DNA of 64,000 nucleotides. It comes from Macrostomum lignano (lineage: Eukaryota). Below the pieces are notes generated by a model that saw only the letters and a list, made by a program, of their open reading frames with translations, was not told where the DNA came from and searched no databases. How positions within the stretch are numbered: position 1 is the first letter of the stretch; each line of letters opens with the position of its first letter. Shown piece by piece: positions 55,002 through 64,000 of the stretch. The stretch is taken from assembly GCA_002269645.1 (NCBI GenBank), contig NIVC01003641.1:22170-86169 (forward strand). The letters are read 5' to 3'. Made by a program: the position numbers and the translations under genes.

Positions 55002-55266
55002 GCCCTTTTCATATTACCGATTCTAGAACCAGAATCGGTTCGGAATTCCAAGAAAAACAGCAGTATTACTATTTAATTCTGTTGAATATTTGATTGCCTT
55101 AACATTAACAACCTCACTTAGCACAATTTTCCACTTTCTTCGTGGCGATGTCATTCAATAATATAAACTTTATAGCACGTATCTCCCTCTACTTATGGAG
55201 ACAAAAAGTTATACTTCACAAATTGGTTCTGGTTCTGGAACCAGAGCAAGCAATATGAAAAGGCCC
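55002..55266. mobile_element. MITE, PIF/Harbinger-like termini
   Basis: gcccttttcatatt ... aatatgaaaaggcc inverted termini, with inverted gaaccagaa/ttctggttc subterminal motifs. Confidence 0.45.
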
Positions 55267-56229
55267 CATAACGTGTGGACAGAAATTAATTTTGGTTAAC
55301 CCATGCGTGCCGATTGTAATAGCTCGTATTTACGTATAGATTAATACATATAACATTAATTGTTAAAAAAAATACATATAAGCCTTTTTTAAACAGTTTC
55401 TTGTCATACTAGATATAAAGCCACATTCATTTTGTTTAAACTGACAATTTTTAGCCCGCTTGGCAAGCCGTTTTTATTTTAAACTGACATCCGTCTCTGT
55501 ACTGAGCAGTCTGTAGAGCAGTCTGGTCTGGTGAGCAAACTGGTGAGCAGTCTGTAGACAAAAAACTAGTACTTGGTATTTCACACCTGACACCTCAATA
55601 AAACTTCTAGCAAAGTGATCGAGTGGATGGACATAAGGCGATTTAGACCAAAAGACAAATCAGGGAACCAGTTAATTCGGCGACAGCTGGTTGACTCGGC
55701 GACAGGCAATTCGGCGACAGTCAGTTCGGTGACATATGAGGGGGGAGGGTTTGAAACAGGGCGGTAATTTGTCATCCATTGCATTGAGTTTGCATGTTTA
55801 CTCCGATTTCAAAATAAGCCAAAGTGGTAAGCCTCACAGTCACCACACATATACATATATGCTTTTTCACGGTACTAGTCTCACCTGCTTAATGTTGAGA
55901 CAATAAGAACAATTGTTAAAGCGACTAAACATGAAAAATCTCGGTTGAATCGTATTTTATACTGAGTCTTTTATACACTGCACTTTTTGCTGCGAAAGTG
56001 TAGGATATATGCTGTATGCATTGTTTGTACATGCACAATGAACAAAAGAAACTCTAATTATGCAAGCTGAACTTCTAGAAATTTTCTTCGCAGCCAAACC
56101 CTCTGACACCATGATAAGAACAGTGAAGGAGTGTTCCATTCAAATGGTCATTCACAATGCGGCTAAAAAGTTGTAATATGCTACTTAAGGTTTTTTGTTA
56201 GCTCGCGCCAGTTATATCAATATAGCGCC

Positions 56230-56335
56230 TGTGGCGCCAAAATGAGTGCCTGTGGCGCTAGAATGAGTGCATGCGGCGCTAAAAGGAATTCCTGCGGCGC
56301 CAAAATGAGTGCCTGCGGCGCCAAAATGAGTGCCA
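56230..56335. repeat. ~22-bp short array (tgcggcgccaaaatgagtgcc)
   Basis: About 5 units. Confidence 0.75.
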
Positions 56336-57505
56336 CAATTTAGTCATGTAGATGTACCATGTCGAATTCTTGGCTTAATTTGTCCCCCCCCCACCATAAA
56401 ATCCATGGCGACGTCCCTGAGCATGTACATTATCTCATTTGGATTCAATCGATTGAGTTTTTTGTCTATTGTGTTGTGATGCATATTAACTCAATGCGCC
56501 GCAGAATGGTAGAGTAGAAATTGAAGTTGCATTCAGTTAATTTTTCAATGCTCGATTTTAATTGTGACAATATGGACCACTGCATTTGTGTGCAAGAAGA
56601 TAGTCACCAATGACTTGACTTACTTGACTTAGCTGCAGGGGGCGTCCGACGGATGCAGCGAGGAGGCGGAGGGGACCACCCATTCCGCTAGCCCCTGGCG
56701 ACCAGGCCAATGACTTCCGTTGAAGTGATTTCGCTCAGGGGGACCCGTCGGTCTCGCCTGCAGCGCGGTCCTCCTCACCGACGGTGGAGAAGAAATCAGC
56801 TCGTCCCGTGTCCCTGAGGTACCGGGCGAGCAGCGGGATGCTCTCGGGCCTGCAAACGTCGGAGAGAACCGGGTTTGGCCCGAGGTGAGTGAACCTGGCC
56901 TTGTTGTGAAGACAGGGCAGTGGCAGATAAAGTGCTCGGCATTTTCACTGCCTGAGCGGCAGAAGGGGCACCGCTCCTCGGGTACTTGGCCCTGAAGGAA
57001 CCGGTGGCGAGAGAAGCAGCCATACCCGGAGAGGGCCATGCTAACTGCTCTGAGGTGTCTGCGGTTGAGCCTGAGGAGGGCTCTACGCAGGAGAGGGTAG
57101 GGGCAGGGGACGGCCGCACGGGATTGCCTACAATTCCGGGTGTCGTGCCACCTGCGGAGATGCTCGGAGTCAGTCCAGCGCTTAACGCGGGAGTTGATCA
57201 CCGAGGCGGGGATGGGGGCTCCCGGGCCTGGCCCTAACAGCGCGCCGGCGGAGCCAGCCTTGGCCAGCAGGTCAGCGCGCTCGTTGCCGAGGAAACCGCG
57301 TGGCCCGGGATCCATCTGAGCTCCACCTGGTTGCCTAGCGCAAGCCCGTTGAGCTGGGTGTTGCAGTCCAGGACGGACCTGGAGCTGGTGTTGCTGCGGC
57401 AGAGGGCCCGAAGGGCTGCTTGGCTGTCAGAGTGAAAAATAAATTTCCGACCGCTAAGCTGCCTTCGGCGCAGCTCTGCCGCGCAGGAGCTGATGGCAAG
57501 CACCT

Positions 57506-57541
57506 TGTTGGGGTTGTACTTTGGTTTTTCATGTTGTTTCA

Positions 57542-57588
<47 letters not shown>

Positions 57589-57818
57589 CCGTGACTGATC
57601 ATTCTTGCGCGCTATCGTTTTACCCCTACCTGTGTACATTTGTGCTTGCCAGTGTGCATGGTTTTAACCCCCAGCCAATCGGATGGCGTTTGTCTACTAA
57701 TGTACGTGGATTCGTGTTATGTAGTCAAATAAATACTTTCGTCACTTCGGTAGAGATCTTTCAATGGTATTCTCCTTCGCTTGCAAACATGACTTGACTC
57801 AGTTTTCCTAGACTAACA
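57506..57818 (+). repeat. 5' LTR (313 bp)
   Basis: TGTTGG...CTAACA termini, internal (CT)n, CCAAT and AATAAA. Followed 3 nt later by the PBS. Confidence 0.85.
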
Positions 57819-57821
57819 TTT

Positions 57822-57839
57822 TGGCGTCGCAAGCAGGAT
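57822..57839 (+). promoter_or_regulatory. Primer-binding site, probably tRNA-Ser
   Basis: TGGCGTCGCAAGCAGGAT. Its complement ends AUCCUGC..ACG-CCA, like the tRNA-Ser T-stem and acceptor. Confidence 0.65.
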
Positions 57840-57840
57840 A

Positions 57841-60800
57841 ATGAGCACCAAATTGAAAGAGACGCTGCCGTTGAGCAACATAGATGAGCTTCGCGCCTGG
57901 GTTGAAGTATTTGACGCCCAGGCCAGATCCAAAGGAGTCGAAGATACCGACGAGAGACGAGCGTTGACCGACGCTTTCATGGGCTGCCTCGGGGTCGCTG
58001 AGCTCATAAAAGTCAAGCAGCTGGTTGCTCCAAAAACCCCGTCTGAGATGAAATGGTCTGAAATCAAGCAATGCCTACTGACGTTTGTGGAGCCCAAGAA
58101 GAAACTGCAGATCGCTAAGAGGACAGCCTTCATGTCTATGCGCCAGGCCGAAGGCGAAACCGTCACCAGCTATGCCGCTCGTCTCAGGGAGCAAGCCGTC
58201 GTATGCGAGTTCGAGAGCCTGAAAAAGGAAGGAGCGGACCCCGCCGAAGCGCTCATCAAGATGCGGCTCATTGCCGGTCTGGCCAACTGACATCACGTTC
58301 AGGAACAAGGTGCTCGAACGTGAAGTGACTCAAGAACTGACGGTCGATCAGGTCACAGAATATGTTCAGCAGCTGCTGATGGTCAGCAACTTTTCAGCTG
58401 GGTCCCTGGCTGCTGCTCACTCGACTCTCGTGGATTCGGTGGTGCACCAGGCTAGGTCGCTGTCAACCGCGGGTCTGACTACGGCTAATGAAGCTCACTG
58501 CCATCCGGATAGCTCCGGCTCTGCCAACGTTAATTCGGTTATGAGGCAGAAGCAGAACTTCGGACACCAGCGCTGTCAGCGTTGCGGGTTGAGATCGCAC
58601 CAGAAGCCCGCTGACTGCCGAGCCCTGAGAGCCACCTGCAATCAATGTGGAAAGCCTGGCCACTTTGCCCGTGTGTGCCGCGGTGCCAGGACCCACTTCG
58701 CTGCCCCAGCTGAAGCAGTCCGCACTCAGCTGAGTCCAGAAGACTCCTATTGTGATGAGCCCGTATTCTACTGTGGAGAAGGAAAGCCTGCCGAGTTCTG
58801 CACTGTGAAAATCAATCACAGAGAAGTGCTGATGGAGAAGGACAGCGGTGCCTCCTGCTCGTTAATCTCACGAAGGATCTGGAATGAGCTCGGAAGGCCC
58901 CCGCTGAAGTCGGCGAAGTCGCGCATGCTGGCGTATGACGGACACGTTATGAGACAGATGGGCGTTCTGGAATGCCTGGTGGAGACCACTGGCAACAACG
59001 GCCGCTTCAAGGCGGCAGAGCTGCCCGTCATCGATTGCCAACAGGAGTTTAGGCTGCTCGGCCGGAATCTGCTGGTCCTCGCACCGGTGCACCATGCCAG
59101 TTCTGATGAGTCAGCCGCCAGCAACAGGTATGAGAGCTTGTTGGGAATATCTGGTGCTACGGGAGAGATCCGTCTTTGTGCTGGAGCTAAGCCAATTTTC
59201 CAGGCAGCCAGAGAACTGCCCTTAGCGCTGAAGCACTTGGTTAAGAAGGAGCTGGACTTGATGGAAAGTGCTGGAATCGTTGAGAAGGTGATGTCGTCGG
59301 AAAGGGGCAGTCCAATTGTGGTGACGGTGAAGTCAGATCGGGCATCCGTGAGAATTTGTGGAGATTATTCGGCTGTTAATCGGTTGGTTCAAGACCAGAC
59401 CGAACCTCACTCCCTCGATTGAGACAGCCTTTTCGAAAATGGCCAACAAGAAGCTGTTCTGTCGGTTAGACCTATCGGATGCGTACTATCAGGTTCCCCT
59501 GGATGAGGAATCGAAAGCGGTGACCACCATAAACACTCCGTTTGGTTGCTACAGGTTTAACCGGTTGCCGTATGGCATTAAGGTGTCGCCATCTGTTTTT
59601 CAACGTGTGATGGAAAAGCTCCTGGGAGACCATCCATGTGTCATAGTATATCAGGACGATGTGCTGATCGGTGCTGCGAGCCGGGCAGAGTTGCAGAAAA
59701 TTAGGGAGCAGGTGCTCAACAAGTTAAAGGCCGCAAATGTCAAGATCAACGAAGCGAAGTGCGTGATGGAGGCCAACAGCCTGAAGTTTCTTGGTCACAT
59801 TATTGATGATGAAGGAATAAAACCCGATCCGGGCATGGTGAAACGTGTGATGGATGTCAAGGTGCCGAAGACCAAGAAAAATTTGGAGAGATTTCTAGGA
59901 CTGGCTCAATTTTATGGACGGCTGGTTCCAAACTTTTCTGAGAAATGTCGGCCTCTTCAGGAGCTTCGCCGCGGTGACCGGGTCTTTGAATGGAACGCGG
60001 TGGCTGAGGCGGCATTTTCGGAGGTCAAAAGGAGTCTGGCCTCAAACCCGTGCATCAAGCCGTTGGATGTTTCCGCGCCTGTCTGTCTTCGAGTTGATGC
60101 GAGCGAGAGTCCTTGGGCGCGGTGCTGGTCCAGTCTGGACATCCCGTCATGTTCATGTCCAGGGCGCTCACACAGGCAGAAACCAACTACTCAAACATCG
60201 AGAGAGAAGCGCTGGCTATTGTTTGGACGGTTGAACGAGCTCGGAAAATGTTGCTATGGAAGAAATTCATTCTGCAGACCGATCACGAGCCTTTGAAGTT
60301 TATTCTGAATCCTTGCAATGAATCTTCCAAAGACTGTTTCTGCCAGACTAACCCGGTGGGCTCTGCGGCTATCGGCTTATGATTACGAGATTGAATATGT
60401 GCCGGGAAAGAAGATGCAGGATGCTGACGCTCTATCAAGGCTGAGCTTTGAAAACCTCGATCCTGAGACGGAGTCGGTTCACCAGACTGAGTTGATCACT
60501 GACGGAGGCTTGGTTACCGTGGAGGAGCTGAGAGAAAGTACTTCCCGGTGTTCACTGCTTTAAAGACTCCAGCAGAGAATCAGGACAGGCCGGTGGGGTC
60601 AGGTCTCTCAGCTGGAGCGGCCGTACAAAGCGTGTCGGGAAGCGTTGTCTGTGGAAAACGGGCTGGTCATCCACGGTACCAGGGTGGTGCCTCCGATCAT
60701 TCTCCGGCGGCGCATTTTGGAGACCGCGCATGATGAGGTGCACCCGAGCGCGGAAAATACGAAGGCCCATGTGTCTAAGGAGTTCTGGTGGCCTGGACTG

Positions 60801-61750
60801 GTTCGCGATGTCCGTCAGTTTGTTGAGCGGTGTCAGCTGTGCGCTGAAAGACGGCCGGTGGTTCAGCGGAAAATTGACATCTGGCCATCCGAGAGCGAGC
60901 CGTGGTCCTGGGTCCACATGGACCACTGTGAGGTGCCAGGAGTGGGCTTGCTACTGTTGCTGTCTGATGCATACTCGGGTTGGCCAGAAGCTGTCCAGGT
61001 CCCAGACAGGTCTGCGGGCAGTGTGCTGAGAGTGCTGAGAGCGGTGTTCGCCAGAAATGGAGTGCTTCGGACGCTAGTGTCGGATAATGCGCCTGAGTTC
61101 AGGTCGGAAAGAGTCTCGCAGTGGCTGAACAGTGTCGGCTACCAGGAGATGCACACCCCACCGTACCATCCGGCATCGAACGGGCAGGCTGAGCGGTTGG
61201 TGAGGAGTCTCAAAGGCGGGCTGAAGACGTGGACGAAAGTGTCCCATTTGACCAGTTCCTGCAGAATTTGCTTCTAACCATTCGCACCAGCAGGCCTAGC
61301 GGGAATCGTTCCAGTTCGCCGGACATTCTCATGTGGGGACGCCGGCTGCGCCATCCGCTGACGATTACCGAGCAGGTGGGTGATTCCATCTGGCTGAGGG
61401 CTCGGCCTGGCACGGCTCCGGTTCCGGCCAAGTTCATCGTGCAGCACGGCCGGAACACAGCTCTGGTGACCTCAGCTGACCTACCAGATGGTGGACTGCG
61501 GATGGCGCACGCAAACCAATGGAGCTGCCGCCTGGAGGCGGAGGCCGATCGGCGGCTGACCGAGGCGGCTGGATCCGAGGATCAGGCTGGGCTATCGATT
61601 CATCTGGGTGCCAAGGCTGGCTCTGACTCGGAGCTGCGTGAACCTGAGGTGACTGACTGTGACTCCCGGCTGAGTTCTGGAGATGAGACTTTCCAGCCCC
61701 ACAGCTCGTATGATTTGCGGCCTCGTAAACCTGTTTGTTATAAGGTCTAA
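57841..61750 (+). pseudogene. Frameshifted gag-pol
   Basis: Gag with two Cys/His knuckles (CQRC, CNQCGKPGHFARVC), protease (KDSGAS), RT (LDLSDAYYQ, YQDD), RNase H (DAS, YSNIEREAL), integrase (HDEVH..CQLC, MDH, VSDNAPEF, SNGQAER). About 7 frame changes. Confidence 0.9.
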
Positions 61751-64000
61751 GGATTGGTTTTGGTTTTTTTTGTATTTTGTTTTTCTACTTTTGGGGGAGC
61801 ACACCTCGCTCTGAAAAACACTTGAGTTGAGCCCAGTGTGCTGGGAGTAGCTCCACACCACTTCTCCCTTGAAGAAGACGCAAGCTCCGAAGCCTGAAAG
61901 ACAATGCCTCATAGAGCCGTCAGTGTAACAGTGGAATTCAGAATCGCTCCAGCTGTCACTCGCCTCGTGTCGAGGCTGAATAGTGACCTTATACCTTTGG
62001 CTTAGGAGAAGGGTGGCTGGGATCGAGTCCGTGAGGATGTTGAGCCCGCCACACTCCTCGAGAGCCTTGAGGCAGAGGTCAGAGTGCGGGAAAAGCGACT
62101 GCTTCTTAAAGGCCCGCACTTTCTTGAAGGCCACCCCAGCATCTAGAAGACGCCGGGTGCTCTTCGCCACCTCCTTTGATATAAATATCCAGAGGAGGGG
62201 CACAGAGGAAGGCATTCTTGCCTTCAAAAGGAGTAGAGGGTGGAGCGCCCAGAGTCATGCGGCAAGTTCTGCCCTGGATTTTGTAAAAGAGCGTCGAGGT
62301 TGCTTTTGACGCTCAGGCCGCTGGCCCACACGAGGCTGGCGTAACTGACCGAGGGCGGATGATGGCAGTGTAAATCCACCACAGCTTCCTGGGGGTGAGC
62401 CCCCAGGTGGTGCCTACGGCGCGCCTGATCTGAGCCAGGACAGCCAGGGCTTTTTTAGCTTTAGTTTGATGTGCGGAGTCCAGTTAAGCCTGTGGTCCAG
62501 AGTGAGGCCCAGGCAGCGGACCTGCTTCTCCATGGAAATATCCTTTCCATAGAGGGTGAGGCGCCTAATGGTACAGAGCAGTTTGTTGGTAAACATGACC
62601 GCTGTGGTTTTCGACTCTGAGAGTCTAAGGCCACATTGGTTTGCCCAACGCTCCGCTCGTCCCAGAAAGCCCTGCAGAAGATCTCTGATGGTATCAACCG
62701 AGGGGCCCGCACATATCGCGGTCACATCGTCGCCATAGCCCACCTTGAGAATGGGGTCGTGGAGATCACTGCAAAGCAGCTCATCCATGACCATGTTCCA
62801 GAGAACGGGGGTGAGAACTCCGCCCTGGGGGCCCCCTTTCTGGACAGGCGCCGAAAGAGAGCTGCCGTTCAGGTGGGCCACAACAGTGCGGTTCCGGATC
62901 ATGAACATGATCCACCGGACAAGGCGAGGGTGCGTGGCCCTGGATTCCAGGGCTCTGCAAAAGGCCTCGAAGATGACGTTGTCGAAGGCCCCCTCAATGT
63001 CCAGGAAAAGCGAGAGGGCAAAACCGCTGCCAAGAACGGCCCTCTCCAGGAAGTCAACAATGACATGGAGGGCACTCTCGGTAGACCTGCCCGCGCGGAA
63101 AGCGTGCTGGTTCTGCGAGAGTGGGAAGCGCTTCAGCTCGACCGAAAGTAGGCGCCAAAGCACCAGTCTCTCGAGGAGCTTAAGGCAGAAGGAGGTGAGG
63201 CTGATAGGCCTGAAGGCCTTCACCGATTGGTAGTCGCTCTTTCCAGGCTTGGGGATAAAGACCACCCAAGGCCTCTCTCCACGCAACTGGTACATAGCCC
63301 AGCTCCACACAAGCTCGGAGGAGACGACAGAGGAGGTCCAGGAAGCGGTGGTATTTTACCGCCTCGTGCAAGAACGCTGGGTAGATGCTATCGGGCCTTG
63401 AACGGGTTAAAGGACCTTGCCGCTCTAATAATGCGGTCTTTGGTGATCATAGACTTTGCTAGGTCTTGCCCTCCCATGGTTTGGTCAGGCGGGCCCTGCT
63501 TTCGCCTGAGAGCAGGGGGCCCTGCTTTCGCCTTGGCCCTGCTGAGTCGGAGATTTAGGGAAGAAACTGTTGAGTATTAGCTCTAGAGTCTCTTCAGATC
63601 TCTCTGTGACCGAGCCATCAGGTCTCTTCACAACAGAGAGTTTAGAAAAACGGTCATTGGTGAGTGCCTTAACCACGCGGGCTACGGGGCGGGAGCCCTC
63701 CAGCCCTTCGCAATAGGCCTCTCTATCAGATGGGTCTTTGGTTTTGAGCGCTCGCCTTTGGAGGGTCCTGGTTCGGCGCCGAAGGGACCCGAGCTCTGGG
63801 TTCCACCAGGGAGCAGATTTCTTGCCTTTGTAGGCTTCTAGAGGGCATGCTGCTTCAAAGTCAGTGGTGATCGCCCCGCCCAGGGAGGAGGCAAGATCAT
63901 CCACCACCTGGCAGTCAGATAGGTCACTGGGGGGGGGTCAAGATCCCGAAGGCCTCGGCTCAGCTTCGAGCAAAGGCGGCCCAATCGGAATTTCTGACGT

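Larger units (their letters stand above)
57506..61801 (+). mobile_element. Ty3/gypsy LTR retrotransposon (Mag-like), one LTR only
   Basis: 5-bp TSD CACCT at 57501-57505 and 61802-61806. Contains LTR, PBS, gag-pol and PPT (ttttgggggagca ending 61801). No 3' LTR. Confidence 0.92.
56611..64000 (-). mobile_element. RNase H-bearing LINE (LOA/Lian-like, I group), frameshifted and interrupted by a gypsy element
   Basis: PWWNPEL, RT (RPISLTSFCLKLLERL, PQGGVLTP.LWN, YGDD), RNase H (YTDGS, SEV|LAI, HSDSQAAL, WIPGH, GNERAD), C-terminal CPFC..HFICHC, and an (AAGTC)-type tail at 56611-56631. Continues past the right edge. Confidence 0.9.

Noticed and set aside
55661-55735. Four aattcggcgaca-like subrepeats suggesting a DNA transposon end
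   Set aside because: No matching opposite terminus found in the window.

Overview
Intron-rich metazoan genomic DNA. The GC-rich exons and the private minisatellite in almost every intron suggest a flatworm such as Macrostomum, but this is inference. Five host genes can be assembled by hand from splice sites: a C1orf87-like EF-hand protein with an RFX X-box upstream (minus, runs off the left edge), UBTD (minus), a Ly6/uPAR GPI-type protein (minus), a Noc2/rabphilin-type Rab effector (plus), and a KIM-type tyrosine phosphatase with a transmembrane exon (minus). About a fifth of the window is tandem arrays. Mobile DNA includes two bounded Helitron derivatives, a Helitron head-to-tail junction, tRNA-derived SINEs, MITEs, a foldback element, RTE and LOA/I-group LINEs, and a Mag-like Ty3/gypsy element nested in a LINE RNase H. 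The two strongest oddities are (1) the gypsy element has a clean 5-bp TSD but only one LTR, ending at PPT-CA, and (2) a multi-kb almost CpG-free domain holds a MULE transposase relic whose Trp codons have become TAG/TAA, which resembles RIP. Several single-base frameshifts could be long-read errors. All coordinates and counts were read by eye, and no database searches were run.
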